The translations under genes were made by a program, and so were the position numbers. 64,000 nucleotides of DNA from Orbicella franksi (lineage: Eukaryota): positions 20,212,001 to 20,276,000 of the forward strand of contig OZ116712.1 of assembly GCA_964199315.1 (NCBI GenBank). The letters run 5' to 3'. Below are positions 37,309 through 48,806 of this stretch, in pieces. The notes below the pieces were generated by a model. It saw only the letters and a list, made by a program, of their open reading frames with translations. It was not told where the DNA came from and did not search any database. Position 1 is the first letter of the stretch, and each line of letters begins with the position of its first letter.

Positions 37309-38721
37309 AAAGCTAACACAGTTGGCAGAATTAATTGCAGGCCTCCGGCTGTGTCAGCGTGTCACTGTAGAAGTAAGTGCACAGTTGAGAAGCAAAAGCA
37401 GCTACAGCGAAAAGAGGCATTTGATTTAGTTAGAATTGTTGGTATTTAAGTTACAGTAAAGAGTGGTTGTATCGTGAATGTCACGAAGAAAAACAAAAGA
37501 CATTGAATGAAGGACTGTCACGCATAACAAATGTTTAAAACACTGAACAGACAAACATGACGAGTACTGGATTATGTTTGGATGACAGAGCCAAGCACAC
37601 AAACATAAAAACTAAAATGGAATTTACGAAACAAACAATGATGTACAGAACTATAATGTATGTACTTCTTGTTGTTGTTAGATAACAAATAAATTGTAAC
37701 TGAAAACCTTAGTGAAAATTTGGCATAAGCATTAGTCACGTGTCATGACGTCATATGACATCAGTGAAAAGCGTCATCACGGATTTACATTAGTGACAAA
37801 TACACACTGTAGGGAGTAGGGTAGGGACGGGGTTTGACGCCATCCCTGGCTTGATATGGAATATGTGAGCTTGGATTTTACGTCACAACAAAAAAAAACG
37901 TGGCGTGCAAGAGATGCTGTTTAGCAAGATGATGTTTTAGTGAGTTCCCTGTTAAATCTCATTGAATTGTAAGTGAAATAAAAGGCCAAGCGATGAGAAG
38001 CTAATGACAGTCCTTCATGGACAGAGTATTAGTCAGTCAGTACTTGTTAGTCAGCAGTTACACGTCGAAACCCAGGATCTATTAGCTCTGTTATTGGATT
38101 ACCCTGCATTTATTATATGGCTTGCGTTTGTAGGCGATATAACGCGCGGTCTGATTGGCTAATTCGATGTAGGACATTATTCTCCCGTAATACCCAAGGG
38201 CTAATTACGGGCCTGCAAAAACAAAGCAGAAAGCCATATAATAAACAACTTATTAACCTTCAAAGTCCGGTCTTTACAAGAAAATCTCAAACCTCAGCCT
38301 TGCTTTATCGCGGTCAACACGACATGGTCTCTGTCTGATATTTTCCGGTAAAGACCTCACTCTCAGTTAATAAGTAGTTAGTATTTCGCAAATTAGCAAG
38401 ACTTAAGAGAATCAGACTCCTTAGTTCCATCCAGATATTAGACTCTTTCTTTAAGGAAGCACTTCTTCGTTCTTCGCTATCTAGGCCCCTTATATTATAA
38501 AATCTTCGTAACGATGGCAAAGGTTTTTTTTAGATTAGTAATTTCCCAAACGTTTCCCTATCAAGCCAGAGACAACGTTTTACAAAACATATTTTTACTA
38601 AACATATTTCCAATAAACTATAAATAGTCTAACGTTGGTATACACAAGAAGACATGACCTCGGGGGCAGACTTTCGTTTCCGTTTTTCTCACATAATCTT
38701 GTCGAGACTCCTTTTACAAAT

Positions 38722-41700
38722 TCAAATTGGTTTTAATGAGGGAACAAGTTCCTGGAGGTTACTTCTCCGAAGGCTTGGTCTTGGCATGTTGACCGGGTCT
38801 TAAAACAATTTTGTTTCATACTTGAAACGGTATTCAGACCAGTTGAAGGCTAAGTTACCTGAACTCATTATTAACTACGCAAGCTACTCACATTTTAACT
38901 CTTATGGATCAATACGTGTCCATATAGCTAAATGGGGGACTACTCCCTCTATGGCAAGTACTTGAATTAGGACAAACGGAACGAAAACTCGACTACCCCC
39001 TTTCCAGCCATAGAATCGTTTCCCTACAGCACTGACTGCCCTCTTGTAAACTAAAAAAAGGAATTTTTTCGTTGGGTCTGGTCCCCCGATCGTGTCTCCA
39101 AGTGTATAACGACAGAAACTTGTAAAATGTAATTTTTACTCACAGGTTACTCCTAAACATTTGAAGTACAGGAACAAAAGAACGTAGAACAAGAAGTGAA
39201 CAACGTATGCGAGTAGCTGAACATTTCCTATTTCGGAGCTCTGTAATAGAGCAGGGGAAGAGGGGGCTAGCATGAATTGCTTACGAGACTAGCCCAGTCT
39301 CACTTGAGAGGGTAGGGGTGGGGGAACTGAGTGCGTGAAGACAGACGAGTCAGTAACTAAGTCTTGTAGCAATTATAAGCGACGCACTGGAAATCGGTTC
39401 ATTACAATAAAGGGACACTTTTGACTCACCACAGAAGTTGCAGGCCTTGGGGCATATGGAAGTCATTCGTTTCCTGTGGTTTTTACAATATCCATCCTGA
39501 GCCGCTAGTGCAGCACAACCCGCCTCAGAGTTGTCAATACAGGGCTCGGGAAGCCTTTGTTCTGGATAGAAATTACACCAAACAACGTAAGGTGAGAAAG
39601 AAAGGAACAAGTGATTCGCCTGTAACTTTCGCGTGATAGATATTTATTGTTAAAGATGAGGCATGCCATAATCCTGAGTACGTGCACGGCTGATGTGATG
39701 GAAGAGTCAATAAGTGTAAGGTAAGGTAAGGTAACGTAAGGTGAAGTAAGACTTCATTTACAAAGGGTATTACTCCTTGCATAGGGTGACTGAGCCCGCA
39801 GTACAAGCGGCAATCACAAACGAGCTGTCCTACCGAAACGACACGCGATAATAGTCTTTTTCTTTGCAGCCAACAAAAAAAAGACAATGCTTAAGTTGTT
39901 CTGGCCTCTTTTAATACTTAGCTTGAGAATTCTGGGTTTAATTTGAAGAAAAAAGAAACATATTTTGTTCAAAATAACATCACTATTTTCCTAACCAGCG
40001 ATACTCGACGAGTGACGAGCGAGTTGACGGACACAGGCGACCCATTTTTGACGCCAAATTGAAACCTTGGACCCAGAATGCTTGATATTTTTCACTTTCT
40101 ACAATCTGATACGGTTATTGGCATTTTAAATCCCTTCTCGTGAATATTCAATGATTCAATGCCGTCTCCAGTGAGAAAAGTTGCGCGACTTTAGTGCCTT
40201 TCCCGTTTAAAACATGCAATGGCTTCGTCAAAATTTCGCCTGCTGAATCCTGAGTGGTCAATTCAAATATCAGGCACGCCAGGCTTATGCAAGGTTGACT
40301 GTAGCTCAAACTGTTCCTTGAAGGTAACTTAAATTGTTCTAAATCTATTTCAAAACGACGGAGAAACGAGAATACGTTGTCATTATGTGGACGACCTTCA
40401 GCCACTGCACACTATTGGCTGATAATGGCTGATTAACCAATCAGATTGCAGCATTTGCATTAGTATACTAGTAAAATTCTGTTAATAATGATTAGGTAAT
40501 GGTTTAATAGTATAAACTGAATAGTTCTATACCATAGTAGTATGATCCACTATTCCCTGATAACGCTAGTGCCTCGTCCAGTTTAAAACCCTAAGTCAGC
40601 GGCCACTTACAAAATTACAAAAACCACTTACCTCTCAAACAAGCGCTGTTAAGGTTGATGTCCGAGCAAATGCATTTAAACCTGTCCTCCATCTGTTGAC
40701 ACTCTACACCACCACGACAAGGGTCTCTGAAGCAGGGGTCATCTTTGTAAGGAAAACAAAATGTCAGCACATGGAAAATGAATTTCATATTTACAGGTAC
40801 AAATTGGATATCGTTTTCATCCGAATCAGCAACAGTTAGAAAGAGATCTCAGCAGATTATACAGGGACTAAAATGTAAAGAGGCTTCAATGGATCCGGCA
40901 TAGAATCTCTACCACTGAACAAGGAATCTCCAGCCCTCTTTTCTTCCCTGTTTTCTGTAGAATTCTAGCCCCCAACCCCCACCCCTTCCTTTCATAACAA
41001 ATCACCGATAGAGCTTCAGGATGCCATTTAAATGCGCTGTGCCCCAGATTCAGTTTTGTGATAGTTTTGACAAAGAGAAAAAGAACTAAATGACTTTAGG
41101 GTATCGTGAGATTCGGAGGTAAAATATAAAATCTTTTTTTTTTATCGACGTTGTCCTCGACGTCGCCGTCGTGATTACTTAAACTTCCTACTTTTTGTTC
41201 ATCATAATATAGTAACAGATGTCTTTTTTTTATCGACTGTAATGGTGCTCCTCCACGAAGCCGTACAAATTACAACAATCTACGATAAAAACTATTTGTT
41301 ATGATAACGAGCTAACTCACCTTTCATGGTTTGACAGCATCTCAGTGAGTTCTTCGTCTTCGTCAGAGCAGAGAGGAAAGCGATTTCTACATCATATTTA
41401 CTCAGTTCGTACGTCCAAATAACAAGATGAGCGATGCTAAGGTCGCCATAACCATTTTTGCTAAACATATCAATCAGCTTATTCGGTTTACCTATGGTAA
41501 TTTCATCATTGGCCCTACCCTTGCCATCAACTACCGTCTCTGGGTTACTGCTGCTTACAACAAGCTGGCCATTTTTATAAAACTTCAACCCACGCTTGTG
41601 ATTCCAGGTGAAAGCAAAATGAAACCACCATCTTGGGACATGGTCGAGCAGAATTGTCCATTTGTGATTTATCGTGGAGAGTTCAAGCTGAAACCTTCTT

Positions 41701-44700
41701 GACTGATACAGGTGAGGTCCTTTCTTTTTTGAGCAGTTTTCACAAATGAACCGAAATCCGGGACCGAAATTCTCATTGGTGTATTGTCCACTGGAAATAA
41801 TAAATTTACCTGTAGAGGGGATAGAAAAGGTAAGTTCAGACCCCGTCCACACTACACCGTAGGAATCTGGAAACGGAGGTTTCACTCTAGCTAAAAGCGC
41901 ATCAAATGTTCTCCGACCACACTACGCTGGAGGAATTTAAAAACGTAACAATCACCGGTCATTTTGGATTTGCCTCTGAGGAAAAGTCAGTCCGGAAAAT
42001 CACATGATTATCGTAACGCCATCGTTTTCGAAAAGCTCCATTTTCAAAATGTTTTCCGTCCACACGAAAACGCAAAGCCGGCGTTTTCAAATTCCTCCGG
42101 TTTGAAGAGCGTTTTTGAAAAGCTCCGTTATCGTGACGGATTGTTGTGGACGGAAGGCCTAACCGTAGAAATAAAGCTGTTTGTTCAAATTCCTCCGGCG
42201 TAGTGTGATTGGCTAAGAAACCTTCACTGATTTTTTTTTTTTTACCATTTACTCCTTGTTAGTTTACAAACTTCCAGACCGTCTAAAAAAAGCGCAGCGC
42301 TTTTTAAAGCCTTACGTCTCTAATGGTTTTTTAAACTACAAACAATCGTAAGCAATAATAGACCTTTTTAGCCTAGCCGGTTTGTTGGCCCATTTCAGAC
42401 CATGTGACCCTTTCAATATTCAGAGCTGATATTTCTGTAGTAGCTCAATCATAAAGTGAAGCGCTTCTGCAAATGAGCCAAATATTAAAAACAAGGATTC
42501 TGCTACTTCATAGGTAGTCCGTTAGGTAACATTCAGATGGCTTAGAGGACCAATCAGAAGGCTTCTTTTCATCGTGAAGCAGTAAGCTATACTGGGGAGG
42601 AATCTTTGGGGCACAAGGCATGAAAATATGTTGCTGATGCCACTTTTTTATTGTTTTTTTTTTCTACGATTTTGCGATATCAGCCAATCACATGCACCGA
42701 TTTAACTGAAGTAAAAAATTATTATTTCTCACCTTTAAATCGATTTTGCCAAGTGCCAGCCTACTTGTTACGCGGATCATTAATTAAAAGGGCATAGTAA
42801 GATTTGCTGGCCCAAGGAATTTTAGCTTGATGTACTGAATATTTTTTTGTGATACTCGAGCCGGTTTAAAAACTAAAATGTTTTTTCACAACTGCTTAAG
42901 TTGTGTGTACAACTGCGATGACCAATCATGTCTTCATATCTTTCTCCGCAGTTCAAATATATTGTCTTTCATATATTCACTTGCAATGTATGAACCCATT
43001 AGTGCCTTTGCCACCAAGAAATTTTGCAGTTATTGAAAGACAATTTCTCCTTCAATATTACACCCAAAGAGCCAAAAATGTCACTCAGTAACTAAGTTTC
43101 AAAAGCTGTTTAAATTTTTAGAGGTCAATTTGTACCTAACATGATGCTTTCTCTGTGCAAAGTCGTATGCTAATGAAAAAATGTAAACAATGACGTCATC
43201 AACGATTGCTCTATAATTAACACTGTACTGCACTAAAGATTTTCACCTGCGTTGTATTTTATCCAAAATGCCACTGACAATCCTTCTCTACAAAGGCTTG
43301 GATCCACGACACACTGGTCTTTTATATTCTTCAGTTCTATAAAGTCATCAATACCGTCCAGTGTCAACACGTATCCTATCTGGTCAGCGGTCGACTGCTT
43401 GACTCCATTCTCGGTAGCACCGGATGCATTACCGCGCAGGTCAAGGAGCTTCTTCTGTGCTGTCGTGCCATTCAACGGCAGATAGTGATTCGCTTGGGTG
43501 TATCGCGCGCCTAACGGTTAGAAAACGATCATATTTTAATTAACATGATTAAAGCGATGTCAAAATCATGGGTATATTGATCCTTGGCCCCTCTCAAGGT
43601 CACTTGGCGCTGGGCGCAAAGTGCAGCTAAGGGCCTGGGAACCGGTTCAGCATTGTCAATTTCCGGTGCGTTATTAAGTTTTACGCGACAAGCGTAGCGT
43701 TTCTCCGATCTTAAAGTGGTATCAAAAGAAAGGTTGGTCTAAAAAAAATACCGTAAAATTCCACGTAAAACTCCCCGGTTATAAGCCCCACCGGATATAC
43801 GCCCTTTTATTCGCTAACAGAGATATTATTCCGGAGGTAAGCAGCCCCAGATATAAGCCCATCTAATGTATAAGTGCCTTCCTTTTGCGTTTCATAAATG
43901 TATTATAAATGTAATAGCTCTAGATGTAATGGTATGTTAGCTTTAATTTGTTTCTCAGATTCGTTTTATCTCGTCGTTCCGAAACATTTTTTTATTCCGC
44001 TTATATGCCTCCCCACCCCCACCGCCCCCCCCCCCGCTCCGTTTATAAGCCCACCCAAAACCCCTTATGAAGTTTTATAAGCCCAGAGTTTTAAAGTGGG
44101 ATTTTACGGTATGTATATATTTGTCTCAAGAGCATAACTTGTGGAGCGGAAGAATTTGTGATATTCAAATTTTCACACCATGCCATATTTAAATTTGTAG
44201 ATTATCTTACGAACGGTCAGAGCGCCCGTCCGGTATCCCGGAGTCATGGACTCGAATCCCGTCGGGTAGTCTGTAGGGTTTTTCTTTGTCCTAGCTCGTA
44301 ACATGCTGAACAACCTTTCATGTGTCAAATTGCTTCGAAAACAAGAAAAACAAAAATAATAAAGACGATTGCGCACTTGAGGCTTGTCACTTTCTCGTTT
44401 TAACACCATTGTAATCCAGTTGGAAAATCCTTCAAACCAATGAACCCACAAGATGTAATTGGGTTTTGCCTATTTTCAGTTTGGTCTCCTTCAATTTATG
44501 TTTAAGGTTATATTCGATAAGATTCTTGTAAAGTAGGCCCGTGCATTTTGTTTTCTATGTAAATACGGCTGCTCATTGAATAAAAGTGCAATAACTTTCA
44601 TTTAAGGAGAATAAACTTTGATATCAAATATAACAGCTTTTAGAAAAGTGAGACACATTAAAATCGTTGCCCTAAGTTTTCGAAATTTTTCCTTTTAATT

Positions 44701-46043
44701 TATTAATATCTAATGAAGCTTATTGAAAAGGATTTCAAGGAATCAAAGTGACAATTTGAAGAAGTTGTTGGAAATGCATTTCAAATTTGAAAGAATTTCA
44801 TTTTTTATCTCGCAAAACACAAAAGAACTCTATATAAGCTCTGACTACCTTTATTATACAATATTACTTTACACGCTGTTCCTAGCGGTGGTTTTGTTGC
44901 TAGTAACACGCGCTTCTTTGTAAGAGAGCGGATACGAAACAAAAACCGAATAGAGCTAAATTTAACTGACCTCAGCTGTTAATAGCATTTTTTTTACATG
45001 GGAGCAAGGCATTACTTCTTTTGTTTACAACAACAGAGAACTAAAAATGATATTTCTCGCGGGGCGAAGATAATTTAAATTAGTACTGCCGGAGAAATGA
45101 AGAGAAATTGTGAACCGTCGTGTTCAGGCCGCTCAAGAGAGTTGAAGATTTTATGTACACATTCACATAACGGAACGTAAACAGGAATAAGAGAGTTAAA
45201 GGAAGTTGCAACTGTATGTATACTTCAAATTCACAACATGACCAAATTTACCGCATGCGGAGCTGTTTGATAATTATAATGGCCGCTTTTTCACGATTCA
45301 ATACGAAAATTATTTCCAATCAGAAAAAGAAAGACATTTCAGTTGGCACGCGACAAGTTGACAAATTACGAGAAAGACTTTTTGGAAGGAAGTTATGGAT
45401 ATCAAGAGTACGAATATATTCTTGAATAATTACGAAATCCTCCAGAATCTCTATAAACTTAACGCAGAAATCGATCACAATCTGGTTTTCATTAAAAGAC
45501 GTTAAAAGTAATGTTCTAGTCTAGCGAAAAAAATTATCAGCGCTCTTGAATGGAACTGAAATCTGCATTGAAAATTTGAAAGCATATGAAACATGTTCAA
45601 TGAAAACATCAAATACGACGGAACTGTATATTTTTTTTAAAAAAAAAATCACACTTCCTTTCTTTATTCCAGCTTTGTAGAGTTTCTCTTTAATAGTGCC
45701 ATGATTTTGACAAGACAAAATAGTTTTTTTGTCAATGAGAGGGTAATTTTTTTTTTTTTGCGGCATCATGCGTCAGCTAGGTGCAATCGGCAACGCTCGT
45801 TAGAAAAAGAAATAATAAAAAACATTTCGTGGAAGGTTTTTTCAGCGCCATACGTCAAATGCATGCTTTAATAACTCGAACAGAAATAGCAGGATTTCAC
45901 GGCACGGGAAATATTCACCAACCTTGAAATGTTTCAAACCGGGCTTTCCTGTGTTTTCGTCCGTTGCGGCTTCCACGGGCAATTGAAGTCAGGCAAGCGA
46001 TCAACAGGAAAAGTATTACTATAGAGTACGAAGTTAAGTTCAT
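38722..46043 (-). CDS. Secreted LamG/ConA-like + EGF + ShKT protein (paralogue B), ~400 aa; exons 46043-45923, 43510-43247, 41809-41321, 40742-40632, 39561-39430, tentative 39152-39144 and 38798-38722
   Basis: Signal peptide MNLTSYSIVILFLLIACLTSIARG (alternative in-frame ATG at 46073). LamG-like motifs NHYLPL, LTLDGIDDFI, CVVDPSLCREGLSVAFWIK, WFHFAFTWN. Six-Cys EGF exon; six-Cys ShKT exon (CIDNSEAGC..CPKACNFC). All internal exons phase 1-1. The last two exons are uncertain. Confidence 0.75.
41839..42213. mobile_element. MITE in intron 2 of paralogue B
   Basis: CCGTCCACACTACACCGTAGGAAT at the left; AATTCCTCCGGCGTAGTGTG at the right; internal CACACTACGCTGGAGGAATTT repeat. Confidence 0.75.
43751..44109. 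mobile_element. Tc1/mariner (pogo-like) MITE with TA target duplication
   Basis: TA|CCGTAAAATTCC at the left and GGGATTTTACGG|TA at the right; internal ATAAGCCC motifs. Confidence 0.8.
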
Positions 46044-48806
46044 TTGTCGATAAATTAAGCCAGCGGAGAACATCGCCGCAAACTAATTACATTTAGGCTG
46101 GATTCTCGATTCTCGGTGTATTTTGAGCACTTCGCGATTTCATTTCCTTTTAGACGTCGATATCAAACCGTGGGAAGGGAAGCCATTGAGGTATCGGTGG
46201 AGCCATGTCGCTGTTTCTGCACGTAGCGGCGGAGTTGGAAGAATTTATTCCTGTTTCACCTGTGTTTTTCAATACAGATGAAAGCTTATAATTTATTCAT
46301 CGCTGATCTGAGAGATCGCGGCTCAAAATGCTAATTAACTAACTTCGGAAGCAGAAAAAGCGGTTTTTAATTTGCACCGCTGATCGCGAAGAGCTTTCAT
46401 TTTCAGTTTTCACTAATGTTGTTGAAACTCTGTGGCAGAAGTGTCAATATCACTTAGCACTACTTTGTCTCAATCTGATTACGAATTGCAGCCATCAACT
46501 GCGGCTTCGCGAGTTCTGGAAAGGTAAAGGGCCTTATATACGCTTTCTGAGCTGTCTTTTATTTTGCTAAATGAATCCAAATGAAAAATTTTCAAACAAT
46601 CGTGTAGGGAACCAATGGCTTAAGATTTGCGTCAATATGTTTAAATTAAAATCCACGTTAAAACCTAGACAAAATCAGACAAAAGATCTGCAAGAGGAGT
46701 TGTCACAAACAATTTCATTCTGTCATAAACTAGAAGAAAGATCTTATTTTCTATGCCTACATTAAAGAAATTTTCTAATCAAATATTTATCAGTGTACAC
46801 TGATCTGCTGTGGAAGTTACCGTTGTCTAATTATCTCGTGCAATGACACTGTTATCGATCCGAGTTAGTACGGTGTACGAAACCAAAACCTTAAACTTAT
46901 ACCGATGAATTTGTTTCGATACCTTTTTCCACGTAAAGAAATTTTTATTGTCCAGAGTATGGGAACTTAGCTGTAACAATCACATTGAAAGAGACTATAA
47001 AATAGAACTCTCCAATAAAAAACCTCTAACTCACTTTAATCGATTGCAAGTCTAAGAGTTTTACACTTGGACGATAAAAATGAACTGATTAAAGATTCCA
47101 TAAGAAGCACAGAGAAAAGAAAACCCGTTTAATGTGTATCGAACGTTCTAATGGCTCCACTGAACCGCAACAGTGCAATGGTTTACTCGCCAAAGCCAAT
47201 GATCACAAAAAAAAACATATTTAGTGTTCGCGTGGCTTATGTTCATGTTTTTAAACTTCTCTTTTCACAGTTATTGTTTCAGGCTTTCTGTAACGTCACA
47301 ATAATTGGGTTGATGACAAAAAGAGTTGAAAGGAGAAAAGGTTACCATAGATAGCTTTGTATTGTTAACAATAAGGTGGACATCTGCACTTCTGCAGTTC
47401 TTTTTTCTTGCATGATTTTCACCTCAATCTGCCTCTAATATCCCTCGTCTTTGTAAGCAAAAAATACAGTCTTTCTTTATACATAGAACATTGTAGTTTT
47501 CAGGTTCTTAAAAGTCATTTGAGATCAACCTTGATGCTACAATAGAAGAATATTTGTCATTTCTCGCATATTTCTTTCTTTACTGAAAGGTCGAAGAAAA
47601 TTACATTTTTAATAACTGAAAATATCTTAAATCTCGTTCCTTTAACTAATCAGAGCTGAGTGTATGAAAATAAAAATTAAAAAGAGAGCGACATTGACTG
47701 AACAACGAAGTTTACAATTTTTACTTTTTATCTAACTGAAGAAAAATTCTTCTCTGTATAAACTGTTAAAGATAAATACGCCTAGTGAATTCTCGCAAAT
47801 ACGAAATTGTCCGTTGCACATCGATTTCGTTCAGCGGAAATGTTAAATGTTTATATTTCTGTTTTCTGATGTTTAATTATTTAGGAACACACCTTTCGTG
47901 TCGAGAGTTTATGAAGTAATATCGTTGTTTATATTAAATACTCTGCGTGCATTATATAAATCACAATGTGTAGCACGATACGGTTTGTAACGCCTGACAC
48001 AATTGTTTCATTACAAATTACTAAACGACACGTCTAAGAAAGCTTTCATCCGATTTTAACGCCATATCGAGCGTCCACATTTTGTCCAGTTTCACATTCA
48101 AGAGCAATTTACAACTGAAATTAGCTGAAGCGTGTCTGTCTGTTTGAAACCGTGATGTGCATTAGATAAGCTCGAGGAATATATCGCTTACCTAAACCTC
48201 ACGGGATGAAGCTAGAGATAAAATGATAAAATAGGGGCAACCTCTTTGAAAAAATTTAAGGTATTTGTTCAGACGTGAGCATATCATTTACTTATATCAC
48301 AAGGAAAAAAAGCATCTGAGACTTAAATATTTGATAAAATATCAAAAGAGATTAGCTCCGTAAAATCTGATAAGTAAGATTAGCTTGGAGTGTATCTCAT
48401 TTACTTATCTCATCAGAAAAGTCTCTCCGGCTAAAGTTATAGATAAAGGTAAATGAGCCAACAATCTTTAAAACCCAATAAAAAATTAACGATCTCTGCA
48501 GCAAAGTATTTCACAATCAAAAAACTCAAGTTCAAATAGTGAAAAACAGTTCACGCACCACGCAAATCAAAGCCGTGGTAGGAGTCCTTTTTGTATTTGC
48601 ATTAATTCTGTTACAAAAAAAGACTCTTTGTGTATCTGCTGTTGTCTTTTTAATGCTAATCGACTGGGAAGGTGGTCACAAGAATATTTTCAGGTTAGCT
48701 TTGACCAACCTCATTCCCAGGCTCTCTCTTCTTTTCACCCTGTGGAGGTAGGGAGGGACTGGGAACAAGAAAGAACGACCAAGCAAGGTTGGCTTATGTG
48801 CTGTAC

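Noticed and set aside
36669-37319. 216-aa minus-strand Cys/Ser/Trp-rich ORF
   Set aside because: Non-ATG start; antisense shadow of the purine-rich acidic repeat on the plus strand.
34026-38721. Splicing of paralogue B into the mucin-like gene to form one membrane protein
   Set aside because: The mucin ORF has its own hydrophobic N-terminal segment and I found no phase-1 acceptor at its start; not excluded without cDNA.
41810-42203. N-terminus of the 197-aa ORF and the 79-aa plus ORF
   Set aside because: Both derive from intron and MITE sequence; the true exon begins at the acceptor at 41809.
46150-46520. Additional exon-like segments on both strands near the start of paralogue B
   Set aside because: Conflicting candidates; best explained as 5'UTR or promoter sequence of paralogue B.
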